Origin: Tubulanus polymorphus
Taxonomy: Eukaryota > Animalia > Nemertea
Assembly: GCF_964204645.1 (NCBI RefSeq)
Contig: NC_134033.1
Span: 2,872,131-2,936,130 of the forward strand
Length of the DNA stretch: 64,000 nucleotides
Direction of reading: 5' to 3'
Made by a program: the position numbers and the translations under genes. Positions 1 through 13,000 of the stretch are shown here, one piece after another. A model generated the notes under the pieces. It saw only the letters and a program-made list of their open reading frames with translations, made no database searches and was not told the DNA's origin. Positions within the stretch are counted from its first letter, which is position 1; every line of letters begins with the position of its first letter.

Positions 1-495
1 TAACTCGTAAAAATCTTTAAAATTATTTCTAACTGTGAAGGATTAAGCTTACACTTAATATATAATACTTTAACATCTATATCCCCAAGATTCTTGCGTA
101 AATATAAGCAGGTTTGATTGGAGCGAGAGGGAATCATCCGTTTGAAACTAGGATTTAAAGTTTCATGGATACAAAATTCCCCTAATTCGGATGAGTTATA
201 TTTCTAAATAGTAATCTACGATTCAACCTTCAAACATTTGAAAAATCTATGAAATATTGTCAATTAGTTCCGAAAGAAGAATTGAGTTTAACAATGATTT
301 AAGTCACTCGATGAAAATGAAACGGATTAAGAATTCATGTCTCCCGCGAGGTCGTTGTTAGTTAGATTTATCAATATAACAGTTTCTACCACGAGAGACG
401 AAGCACCTTCCACCAGAAATATAACATCGTAATGCATAAACACAGTTGATTGGGGAATATTGAAATATGTTCATTTTCACGGACCGATTATACAC

Positions 496-609
496 CAGGG
501 TCCAGTTCCACAGTTCTGAGTTAAGATTTGACCCTGGTTTAAAACATTGAAAATGAACTAACTTTAACTCGGAGTTAACTCTAACTCACAACTGCTGAAC
601 TGGGTCCTG
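496..609. mobile_element. ~115-bp MITE with ~28-bp terminal inverted repeats, present only in this spacer
   Basis: CAGGGTCCAGTTCCACAGTTCTGAGTTA vs reverse complement of the right end CAGGACCCAGTTCAGCAGTTGTGAGTTA. Empty site TATACACCAGTGTTGAAAT at ~8982 and ~19052. A related end lies at ~47462. Confidence 0.75.
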
Positions 610-1390
610 TGTTTAAATAATACAATATTTTCTAAAGTTCTTTAATATATCTGAGTTAAACCTATTATCAAAAGATGATAATTTCGTACCAGAAGAACAA
701 ATCATATCAGATACTTAAAAGTTGAATCTACCGCTGGCGCCAACTTATTCTCAATAATCATTACTAAGACACACAAACATTTCCCCAACTATCGGTGACC
801 GAACATATAAGATCATCATTTTTTGCCATCATACATGTAGGCGCTCCAAAACAGAGGGACACAAATGGGAAAAAATGAATTTTTTTTATTATTAGAGTAT
901 TCAACACAAAAAACCTCAAAGGACCGAGAAAACGAAAATAATTGGAAATTGTGATTAAGTTGATTCGAATAGCGGGAAAGATGAAAAAGAACTAGTTTTC
1001 GCAAATCATGAGACTGAAAATTAAGATGAACATAACTTTTATAAGTTACTGGATTGAAACCAGGACGGGAATAACAGAATTTTCTTTTGTCGAAAAATTG
1101 TGCCGAAAAGAGGAGTGAGGAATGAAAACAATTCAGTACGATGAATTTTGCTGATCCGTGTCCCAAGTAAAAATGCTGAACGGACTATAATGCGGATGTA
1201 CATAGATTGAGTCAAATCAAACGTTTTTAAATGATGATCATAAGTTTCTGAATTATCAATTCACCTCATTTATTATTGGTTGGACTTTCGTCGCGTTCAC
1301 ACTACGAACCAGTTAGACCGTTCTAAACGGGTCCGGGTCCGGAACGGGACAAATTTAGAACGGACCGCATCAGAGTGAGCGAGTGAGATT

Positions 1391-1478
1391 CTTGCCGGGG
1401 TTATTGTCACCGTTTCCTAACTAAAGATTCCAAACATTTCTCTGTTTCTATTCTACCGCTGTCATCCCCGTCTTACTT
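1391..1478 (+). repeat. Degenerate, internally deleted copy of the gene's own TM3-TM4 coding sequence in the promoter (also ~9394-9481, ~19844-19931)
   Basis: CTTGCCGGGGTTATTGTCACCGTTTC...GTTTCTATTCTACCGCTGTCATC-CCGTCTTACTT matches CDS 7589-7614 and 7757-7791. Confidence 0.85.
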
Positions 1479-2009
1479 GGTTGCTGTTGTTTCTTCAAAA
1501 CAATCTGTACCGAACAAGTTCTCACCCGTCATAATCAGATATCCACGCGCTTCACTTAGCTTCAACTCAGTTATTATATTGACTGTAGAGTGTGAATTGT
1601 CGAAACAGATGTTGACGAAGTGTTTTACGGAGACGCAGAATATTTTGAGGTATAGATAGAAAATGTCATCGAATATTATCACAAACTGAACGCAGTTCGG
1701 GAGCGACAGTAAATATTTTTAGGGAAATAATTGCACACGATTATAAACACGATATATTGAAACACGTCTAAATTTGGAAACCGCGGTAATTACAGCGAAA
1801 CCGAGAACAGATGAAAGTTTCACAAACACGAGACTGGCGCCAGTTTGATGGGCGGATTTTTTTTACAAAATAATTGGACTCAGATCAATTCGTCAACTAC
1901 AGACATTTGCGAATTCGTCATTACTTTGCAGCGACTCTTGTGAGAAATGTCGCGCAAACTTAGAAATAGTTAGAGATGTGTTTTTTTTGAAGCGTGAATT
2001 GTGTTCAAT

Positions 2010-5000
2010 ATGCAGCGAATGAAAGCGTTGTTCGTAGTTTTACTGATCGCTTGCGGAGACTGTATATTTACGCGGGCTGATCGCGAAAACTCTGTCGAGG
2101 AAGCCGCGTCTGTTACAGTCAGTTCATCTTGTAACAACACTCAATACTCCGTCGATTCTACGTCTGGTTACATCGTTTCACCGAACTATCCGTCGTTAGT
2201 GCGCGGTGTTGAATGTCGTTGGTTCGTCAACAGCTCTTTACCGGGAAGTTTTCTTGTTCAAGTTTACTACGACATCGAGCCGTCGATATTCTGTAACGAA
2301 AACTACCTTCTCGTCGGTGAGTCCGACAACAAACTCTGCGCTACCGGAAGAAAACAACTAGATATCCGCAGAAACGATTTGATTTCGTTGTTGTTTAGGA
2401 GTAACGTCGATGGAGCGCGAGGTAGTCGGGTTTACATCATATATCGTTTTGAAGAACACAGTCGCTTGAAAATCTTAGACACATGTCATAAACGTGCAGT
2501 AAAAGAATTACCAACTCAAACAGGTTATGAATTCATGATTTCTACCCGGCGATGTAAATTGTTGTTAGAATGGATCGGGATGCCAGACGGGTTTGCAATG
2601 AATTTAACGTTTATAGAGATAGATTTCAGATTAAGTCCCGGAGAGGATCCAATGGAAACTCGTCCTCAAATTTACGACGGATGGAACAGCACCAGTGAAC
2701 CTATAGCTCTTATACGAGAACAAACCGGACATCCACCTTCATCGTTTTATATTAACACTAATAAAGCACGTATTGAATTTTTTTCAAATGCATTGCCACA
2801 TCTGAAGTCGAGGTTACTCGTGCAAGTTTACAAAATATCAGATTGGAGCATCTCTAACCCGTTAATTGAAGTCTATAATAAATCAGGACTGCTCACTACA
2901 ATTGATGGAATACCACATATAGTAACTCAGTCTAAACACTTATACTGCTGGTCTATCACAGTCGATGTTCTGCAGTACGTCGTCTTCAACTGGACACGTG
3001 ATCTCGTCTCGTCACCAGGTGTCGTTGGTGTATATAAACAGGAAGGGTTACGTATTGTGAGAACTGATATTTTACTCAGTTTTAACCATCTTAAATCTCT
3101 GAGTGTAAAATCAGACGGATTTCTCGTGATTCTGTGCGTTTTAACGACATCGGATTTTTTAAGATCGAATTTGGAAATAGAATTTGAGGTGAAATCAATG
3201 ACAATATCAGACGTCTACGTCAACAAGCCACAGATATGGGTAAGTTTATAACAATGTTTGGCAATTGGGTTTGTGTAATGCAATTATTGTAAAAGTCTAT
3301 GATTTTGATGGCGATTTTGACCAGTGAAACTTAACCGAGAAATTTCGAATAACAACGTTATGTGTGACCCAAATTTCAATATATTTGGACGCACATGTTT
3401 ACGCAGAGTAATTATGATGATTTGTGCAAGAATTTAAGTTAAGATTTAATTGCAACATTTTGAAGTATTATCGATATATCGAGGTCGTACAGAGTTTGAA
3501 TTTGTCGTATTGTAAACGAGTAAATGTTGTAATCAATTCTCTTATATTTCAGAATTCTAACACAAAATCAATATCAGCTAATCGCTTGTTCCCGAGATCA
3601 AAGAATACATTGTATCGTGTAACTAAATTACAACTAAACTGGAAAGTGAACATCTATGAAGAACAATTGAAACTAACAGTGCTATCAGAGAACTGTGATC
3701 GAGCTGGTTTTTATATATTTGATGGTAGTAATTTCACAGCTAGACGCTATGGTCCGTATTGTCCTGGTTCATACTACGGTCGATCTGTCGTCAGCCTGAT
3801 TACATCAGGTGGACCGGTTACTGTAGTAGCATACGCTTATTACTATAACAATCAGTTAACAGTTGGTAGCTCTTCTTCAATTTGCTCCTACTGATTGTGA
3901 CGGTTATGTTCTACAGGAAGAAGAACGTCAGATCAATATGACGTCACACTGTCTCGTGATTACACCTGAAAATCGACGCCTTCGCTCGAAAAATATTCAC
4001 ATATTATCGGAACACGAATATCAAATTGACCGATGTTTTCTCAAGATGTCATTGTCATGTGATCAGTTTCTGAGTTTGAGTAACCAGTTTCTTAATAACA
4101 GTCTCGTATTAAACACTGTAGATTTCACAGGTAATGAGTTTGGATTCTGGCAGTATCCACTAATAGATAAACTACGTCGTAAATGTCTAGGAGTGAAAAA
4201 AGCGGATAGTTTTGGACTTGCCGGTTCCCGTCTTCCAGTTACTACTAAAGATAAATGTGGACTCGTGCAGTCACCGAACTACCCGGGTGAGGCACGACGT
4301 ACATCAGAATCGATTTCCTATAAATTTGAAAACCCGTTACAACAAAATATATTTCAATATTACAGATTTATCGTCAAATCTATTGGATCAGTTTCATGCG
4401 AAACAGACAGATCCGGTCGAAATGATCCGATCATTTTGATACAATCAATCAATTACCAACCCTACCTAAATGGAAAAATATCTAAAATTATTAGTAACCA
4501 ACATGAAACTAAAATATGTGAAAATAACGCGGTTCGTGGATTTATATTTTATAGTTTAACAGATAATATTCTACGTTTTGAAGTAAACAATGGAATTCCG
4601 ACATTTCAAATACAATACACTTTACACGAGTCGTTACCGATTAAACATTTCGATGATTTCTACTGTAAACAAGAATTTCAGGATTCCGGAATTTCCTGCG
4701 TCAAATTCATCAGAGATGAACGTCTGAATTGGGAGAACGCTGAAATATACTGTAGACAGAAGTACGCGGGACATCTACTCAGTGTCAACTCAGAACAGGA
4801 AATGATTTCGATCAAAAGATTATTCGCTACAGAACTTCTCCGAACGGCGTACACATTAAAAGCGCTCATAATGATGATTGGATTGAAATGGCAGGTAAGA
4901 CTAATGTTTTCAAAAATTAATTCGAAAAGAAAGAATTTAAAAGAAATGATATATTTAATTTTCTTCACGAAACAGAATGATGGTTATTACACGTGGACTG

Positions 5001-8000
5001 ACGGTAAACCATTGAGCTACACAGAGTGGTATAAACCTGTTATTAATGAAACGATACCAGAAGTTATTCGAGGATTGATATCTCCGCTAAGAAAACAACC
5101 GATAAATGACGTCAATATGCCGTGTACGGCGATGATACTGAATAATCCACGAGGATCGGCGAACTGGGTTCGATTCCCGTGTCAAATCGAGGAGACGCAC
5201 ACGACATTCATTTGTGAATCTGAGAGAATCGACAGCAAAAATGAACACAATTCAACGATAAACGATGCGAACAATTCAACAAATACAGACTTAAATAAAA
5301 CCATAGATCAAATGATTCCCGATGTACCTTTAACTAATTCAACCTGTCCAAGAAGTTGGGTAACTATTTCGGGACAATGTTATCAAATACTAACCGACTG
5401 GAAAAACAATCGAGGTTTAAATATTCGGAGTGCTAGAGAAATGTGTCACAGCATCCGCGCCGAAATAGTAAGAATCACCTCAAATACAGAAAGCGACTTG
5501 AAAAATTTGATCAACGAATTTCAATATAGACATCAATATGGCGCTTTTCTGACGATGGACCGCGACGGGTTTAAAGTTATCAAACCAATGGTGACCAGAA
5601 ATGAATTTACTTATATTCAATCAGTTAAATGGTTATTGAAACCTTTCGATGATACAAAAGATAAAGTACATTCCGTGTTATGTACCTATAATGCAACTGC
5701 TGAGGAGTTAGCTTCTATAAGCGGCTGTAAATCGTGGCAGTTTGAATGTAACGATCAAAGATGCATCAGCGACCATCGCGTATGTGATAACAGAAACGAC
5801 TGTCAACACGGTGAAGATGAACTCGATTGTACGGATATCAATTTACACAGTCAGTTCCGCTGTAACGATGGACAGGTTATATCGATAAGCGGTTTCTGTG
5901 ACTTTATGAGAGATTGCGTCGATGGCTCGGATGAGAACTCGTGTTATCATCCACCGTGTTTATCTACGCGATATCGCTGTTCCAATCACCGATGCATCGA
6001 TAGTTATAAACGATGTGACGGACTAGCCAACTGTAAAGACGGTTCCGATGAGATCGGATGCACTGCCGAACTTTGTCAGGGATTCTCGTGCGCGGACGGT
6101 GAATGTATTAGTTCTCAGTTGTATCGGGATGGTGTCGTGGATTGTAGCGGAAGTCTCGAAGAAGACGAATTGGTCACCAATATGACAGTGAATCCCGAGG
6201 TTTACTGTAATAATGACAATCACTGTACGACTCGTTTCACAGATCTGTGTAAGGAATCGGATGAACAAAGATGTTCGTTCAATTCTCCTCGCTGTTATTC
6301 CCGACACGAAAGGTGTATTTTAGAAAGGATGCCGATTGGTTTCCCGGTATGTAGAAATCTTGAACATATACTCGCGTGTAATGACTTCGAATGCGCGGCT
6401 GGTACTGTAAAATGTCCGACATCTTACTGTATACCGATCAGACACGTTTGTGACGGTCGATCCGATTGTCCTAACTCAGAAGACGAACGCAACTGCGAGA
6501 CTTGGTCGTGTCCGGGAATGTTTAAATGCGGCCAGGAAAATCGATGTATTCCGCAATCTGAAGTTTGCGACGGTGTCGTAACCTGTAAGCATAACTCGGA
6601 TGACGAGACATACTGTAAGGTCAGGTGTCATGAACGTTGTAATTGCCGGGGTCATTTCATCGATTGTGAAAATGCTCTTTTATCGGATATTACTGGTCGT
6701 TTTATAGAATCAACTCGGGTTTTGATTTTGTCGAATAACCGAGTCGTATTTAACGAGTCGACGTTCAACTCTTTCATTTATCTTCGTTTTCTCGACATTT
6801 CGGGCAATAATTTGACTTACATCGTTCCAAACGCGTTTTCTAATCTAAACAATCTATTCACATTAGACCTGACTCACAACCGCATAACATCATTATCTGC
6901 TAATACATTCGCAGGTTTGATCGGTTTAAAAGAACTATTTCTTATCGGAAATCCGCTGCAACATTTAGAAGACGGTAGTTTTCGAGGTCTGGCGTCACTA
7001 ACTGTTCTCGATCTTCACGGACTTTCTATATCGATTCTCGGTGAAAATGTATTTAAAGGTTTATCCGCATTACAGTCGTTAAATATCAGCAGTAACAGAA
7101 TACATTATATTTCTAGCTATGCTTTTTCTGGATTGGTTCGACTTGAAATTTTAGACCTCGTCAACAATTTTGAAGTAATATCCGTACAAAGAAACGTTCT
7201 TGGCGATCTTACATCATTGAAATACCTCGCTTCGGATGCTTACAAATTTTGCTGCATGGCACCAAATGTTGACCGATGTCTTCCCGAAGCTGATCAATTT
7301 TCGACCTGCTCTGACCTGATGGGTAACACTGTACTGAGAGCCATCATCTGGATGATCGCATCTTTCAGTTTTCTCGCTAACAGTATCGTTATCTTATTTC
7401 GCGTTCAAGCTTTGCGGATGGAATCCTCCGGAACACGTAACACATCTTCAGATATCCTCATCATAAATATTGCCGGTTGTGATTTTCTGATGTCGGTCCA
7501 TTTGTTTTTGATCGCGGGAGCTGACCACGCGTTCAAAGGCGTTTATTATCTGAATTCTGAAACCTGGACGGATAGCTCATTATGTCGTCTCGCCGGGGTT
7601 ATTGTCACAGTTTCGTGCGAAGGTTCCTTGACTTTTCTCTTATTTCTAACACGTCAGAGATATTCAAATATCGTCAACCCATTTTCTAGAAGTCCGATTA
7701 TAACTCCGAAATACGTTATCGGTATTTGCTGCATTTGTTGGCTCGTTATAAGCACAGTTTCTATTCTACCGCTGTCATCATCGTCTTACTTCGGAGACAA
7801 TTTTTACGGTACAACCGGAGTCTGTTTGCCTATGAATTTACTGACGATCGACGTCAATGGCTGGCACTATTCATTCGCTATTTTTGCCTTGTTTAATGCG
7901 GCCATATTGGCTACGATAATGACGACGTACGCTCAGATGTATAGACTCGTATCTGGGAGTAGGTCGGGTTCGGGTAGAGCCGATCCTACCGAACTGGTTT

Positions 8001-8245
8001 TAGCTCGAAGGAGTTTAGTAATCAATCTTTGTAATCTATTCTGCTGGCTACCGATAATAATCGTTCAGTTTTGCGCCGTATTTACGGTCGAGATACCGAA
8101 CCAGGTGGCCGCTTGGCTGGCCGTTCTATTTTTACCGATCAACTCGTCTCTGAATCCGCTTCTTTATACAATACTAAATATCGATATAAAATCTATTCGT
8201 GAACGCAATAAACGACGACTAGGATTGACGACATCCAGTAAATAA
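2010..8245 (+). pseudogene. Copy 1 of CUB/CTL/LDLa/LRR-7TM GRL101-like GPCR; 2-nt deletion frameshift in exon 2 (~3870-3882)
   Basis: Exons 2010-3239 (TGG|GTAAGT), 3553-4894 (TTTCAG|AAT ... CAG|GTAAGA), 4976-8245 (AAACAG|AAT). Real start is ATG 2010 (or 2019), not the GTG at 2001. AGC-TCTTCTTCAA-TTTGCT is 2 nt shorter than copy 2 (AGC-TCATCTCTTAGA-TTTGCT), so the frame ends at TGA 3892-3894. Could be an assembly error. Confidence 0.8.
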
Positions 8246-8339
8246 ACCACAGTTTGACACGAGTCCCCGTATAATGTTTGCTTATGTATTAATCGGGGTT
8301 GAACCTCGAAATCCTAAAACTTGGTTGAGTTCGTTTGGA

Positions 8340-8349
8340 GTCACGTGAC
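8340..8349. promoter_or_regulatory. Perfect GTCACGTGAC palindrome (E-box/CLEAR-type); also 16441, 18402, 26794
   Basis: Motif seen directly. Function is untested, and conservation may only reflect recent duplication. Confidence 0.3.
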
Positions 8350-10011
8350 CGCATTAGATGAACGAATACTATGAGATAAGTTAACAGCAGGGCATAATTA
8401 CCCCGATTATCATAAATACCGTAAATTTTGGTTATTGTTATATCTAACTCACAACATGCTCGAATAGGTAGTAATTTTACCGGAGTCGTGTTTTCCGAAT
8501 TACTAACTCGTAAAAAACCTTCAAAATTATTTCTAACTGTGAAGGATTAAGCTTACACTTAATATCTAATACTTTAACATCTATATCCCCAAGATTCTTG
8601 CGTAAATATAAGCAGGTTTGATTGGAGCGAGAGGGAATCATCCGTTTGAAACTAGAATTTAGGGTTTCATGCATATAAAATTCCCCTAATTCGAAGGCGT
8701 TTATTTTACTAAATAGTAATCTACGATTCAACCCTCAAAAATCTATGAAGTATTGTCATTTAGTTCCGAAAGAAGAAGAATTGAGTTTAACGATGATTTA
8801 AGTCACTCGATGAAAATGATTAAGAATTCATGTCTCTCGCGAGGACGCTGTTAGTTAGATTTATCAATATAACGGTTTCTACCACGAGAGACGAAGCACC
8901 TCCCACCAGAAATATAACATCATAATGCATAAACACAGTTGATTGGGGAATATTGAAATATGTTCTTTTTCACGGACCGAATATACACCAGTGTTGAAAT
9001 AATACAATATTTTAAAGTTCTTTAATATATCTGAATTAAAACTATTATCAACCGATAATAATTTCGTACCAGAAGAACAAATTATATCAGATACTTAAAA
9101 GTTGAATCTACCGCTGGCGCCAACTTATTGTCAATAATAATTATTTAGACACACAAACATTTCCCCAACTATCGGTGAAAAATGCTGAACGGACTGTAAT
9201 GTACATAGATTGAGTCAAATCAAACATTTTTAAATGATGATCATAAGTTTCGGAATTATCAATTCCCCTCATTAATTATTGGTTGGACTTTCGTCGCGTT
9301 CACACTTGGAACCAGTTAGACCGTTCTAAACGGGTCCGTGTCCGGAACGGGACAAATTTAGAACGGACCGCATCAGAGTGCGCGAGTCAGATTCTCGCCG
9401 GGTTTATTGTAACCGTTTCCTAACTAAAGATTCCTAACATTTCTTTGTTTCTATTCTACAACTGTCATCCCCGTCTTACTTGGTTGCTGTTGTTTCTTCA
9501 AAACAATCCGTACCAAACAAGACCTTACTCACCACAATCAGATATCCACGCGCTTCACTTAGCTTCAACTCAGTTATTATATTGACTGTAGAGTGTGAAT
9601 TATCAGAACAGATGTTGACGAAGTGTTTTACAGAGACGCAGAATATTTTGAGGTATAGATAGAAAATGTCATCGAATATTATCCCAAACTGAACGGAGTT
9701 CGGGAGCGACAGTAAATATTTTTAGAGAAATAATTGCACACGATTATAAACACGATATATTGAAACACGTCTAAATTTAGAAACCGCGGTAATTACTGCG
9801 AAACCGAGAACAGATGAAAGTTTCACAAATACGAAACTGGCGTCAGTTTGATGGGAGATCTTTTTACAAAATAATTGGACTCTGGATCAATTCGTCAACT
9901 TCTGATATTTGCGAATTCGTCATTACTTTGCAGCGACTCTTGTGAGAAATATCACGCAAACTTGGAAATAGTTAGAGATGTGTTTGTTTTGAAGCGTGAA
10001 TTGTGTTCAAT

Positions 10012-13000
10012 ATGCAGCGAATGAAAGCGTTGTTCGTAGTTTTACTGATCGCTTGCGGAGACTGTATATTTACGCGGGCTGATCGCGCAAACTCTGTCGA
10101 GGAAGCCGCGTCTGTTACAGTCAGTTCATCTTGTAACAACACTCAATACTCCGTCGATTCTACGTCTGGTTACATCGTTTCACCGAACTATCCGTCGTTA
10201 GTGCGCGGCGTCGAATGTCGTTGGTTCGTCAACAGCTCTTTACCGGGAAGTTTTCTCGTTCAAGTTTACTACGATATCGAGCCGTCGATATTCTGTAACG
10301 AAAACTACCTTCTCGTCGGTGAGTCCGACAACAAACTCTGCGCTACCGGAAGAAAACAACTAGATATCCGCAGTAACGATTTGATTTCGTTGTTGTTTAG
10401 GAGTAACGTCGATGGAGCGCGAGGTAGTCGGGTTTATATTATATATCGTTTTGAAGAACAGAGTCGCTTGAAAATCATACATAAATGCTCAAAGCGTGCG
10501 GTAAAAGAATTACCAACTCAAACAGGTTATGAATTCATGATTTCTACCCGGCGATGTAAATTGTTGTTAGAATGGATCGGGATGCCAGACAGGTTTGCGA
10601 TGAATTTAACGTTTATACAGATAGATTTCAGATTAAGACCAGGTGAGGATCCGATGAAAACTCGTCCTCAAATTTACGACGGATGGAACAGCACCAGTGA
10701 ACCTATAGCTCTTATACGAGAACAAACCGGACATCCACCTTCATCGTTTTATACTAAAACTAATAAAGCACGTATTGATTTTTTTAGTAGAGTTAAGTCG
10801 CAGTTACTCGTGCAAGTTTACAAAATATCAGATTGGAACATCTCTAACCCGTTACTTCAAGTCTATAATAAATCAGGAGTGCTCACTACAATTGATGGAA
10901 TACCACATATAGTAACTCAGTCTAAACACTTATACTGCTGGTCTATCACAGTCGATGTTCTGCAGTACGTCGTCTTCAACTGGACACGTGATCTCGTCTC
11001 GTCACCAGGTGTCGTTGGTGTATATAAACAGGACGGATTACGTATTGTGAGAACTGATATTTTACTCAGTTTTAACCATCTTAAATCTCTGAGTGTAAAA
11101 TCAGACGGATTTCTCGTGATTCTGTGCGTTTTGACGACATCGGATTATTTAAGATCGAATTTGAAAATAGAATTTGAAGTGAAATCAATAACAATATCAG
11201 ACGTCTACGTCAACAAACCATGGATATGGGTAAGTTTATTACAGTGATTTGTAAATTGGGTTCGTGTAATAGAATCATTGTAATAGGGATTTTGAAATTG
11301 TTGTAGTGTTCAACGTGATAAAACTACGCAATAAATCGCGAGAGACGAATGAAATATAAGTCCCACAATCACAGCATCGAAAAAGATTTTAAAACATCAA
11401 AACTATTAAAATTTATTAAAAACCTCGAATTTTCGGTTTTATGCTAATAACCATTTTCAAGAGTGACTAAAAGTATGGCATTACACAGAATATATATCAA
11501 TTAACAAGGACACACAATATTGCACATAAAAACTAGGTGATATTGACCAGAAAGGAAATGTATAGGGACAAAAGTTTATTATGGGGGGAGGATTGTAAAC
11601 GTAAAAATTGATTGTAAACGTTCAATGCTGTTATCAATTTCCTGATATTTCAGAATGATGTAGGCGTGACAATAACAGCTGGTCACTTGTTCCCGAGATC
11701 AAAAAATACATTGTATCGTGTAACTACATTACAACTAAACTGGAAAGTGAACATCTATGAAGAACAGTTGAAACTAACAGTGCTATCAGAAAACTGTGAT
11801 CGAGCTGGTTTTTATATATTTGATGGTAGTAATTTCACAGCTAGACGCTATGGTCCGTATTGTCCTGGTTCATACTACGGTCGATCTGTCGTCAGCCTGA
11901 TTACATCAGGTGGACCGGTAACTGTAGTAGCATACGCTTATTACTATAACAATCAGTTAACTGTTGGTAGCTCATCTCTTAGATTTGCTCCTACTGATTG
12001 TGATGGTTATGTTCTACAGGAAGAAGAACGTCAGATCAATATGACGTCACACTGTCTCGTGATTACACCTGAAAATCGACGCCTTCGCTTGAAAAATATT
12101 CACATATTATCAGAACACGAATATCAAATTGACCGATGTTTTCTCAAGATGTTATTGCGATGTGATCAGTTTCTGAGTTTAAGTAATCAGTTTCTTAATA
12201 ACAGTCTCGTATTAAACACTGTAGATTTCACAGTTAATGGGTTTGGATTCTGGCAGGAACCACTAATAGTTAAACTACGTCGTAAATGTCTAGGAGTGAA
12301 AAAAGCGGATAGTTTTGGATTTGACAGTTCATTTTTTCCAGTTACTACTAAAGATAAATGTGGACTCGTGCAGTCACCGAACTACCCGGGTTCGGCAGGA
12401 AGTAAATCAAAATCTATTTCATATAAATTTGAAAACCCTATACAACAAAATATATTTCAATATTACAGATTTATTGTCAAATTTATTGGATCAGTATCAT
12501 GTGAAACAGACAGATTCGGTCGAAATGATCCGATTATTTTGATACAATCAATCAATTACGAACCCTTACATAATGGGAAATATTTCAAAACCATTGTAAC
12601 TCAACATGAAACTAAAGTATGTGAAAATAACGCGGTTCGTGGATTTATATTTTATAGTTTAAGAGGAAATACTCTGCGGTTTGAAGTAAACAATTTCATT
12701 CCGACATTTCAAATACAATACACTTTACACGAGTCGTTACCGATTAAACATTTCGATGATTTCTTCTGTAAACAAGGATTTCTGGAATCGGGAATTTCCT
12801 GCATCAAATTCATCAGAGATGAACGTCTGAATTGGGAGAACGCTGAAATATACTGTAGACAGAAGTACGCGGGACATCTACTCAGTATCAACTCAGAACA
12901 GGAAATGATTTCCGTCAAAAGAATTTTCGCTACAGAACTTCTGATGGCGTACACATTAAAAGCGCTCATAATGATGATTGGATTGAAATGGAAGGTAAGA

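Larger units (their letters stand above)
1..2009 (+). repeat. Array spacer/promoter unit; implies the array continues to the left of the window
   Basis: Position 1 (TAACTCGTAAAAA..) aligns with ~8503, ~18586 and ~26958, each ~260 nt into the standard 3' spacer that follows a gene copy. Confidence 0.85.

Noticed and set aside
816-1682. Short ORFs in spacers (MGHGSAK.., MVAVVSS.., MNRRLLF..)
   Set aside because: Mostly non-ATG starts, broken or deleted in other spacer copies, and no recognisable motifs.
1775-1822. IRF-like GAAA repeats in the proximal promoter and NF-kB-like sites in the spacer
   Set aside because: Imperfect matches to short motifs in AT-rich DNA; not supportable without functional data.
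2001-3251. ~415-aa ORFs as separate CUB-protein genes in an operon-like pair
   Set aside because: Conserved phase-0 GTAAGT donors and TTTCAG acceptors join them in frame to the downstream exons, and the GTG/TTG starts are ORF-caller artefacts.
6023-6307. Antisense ORF MSGITARRIERT.. recurring in five copies, and the 75-aa alternate-frame MDL.. ORFs
   Set aside because: Shadows of the near-identical receptor CDS; their recurrence is explained by duplication.
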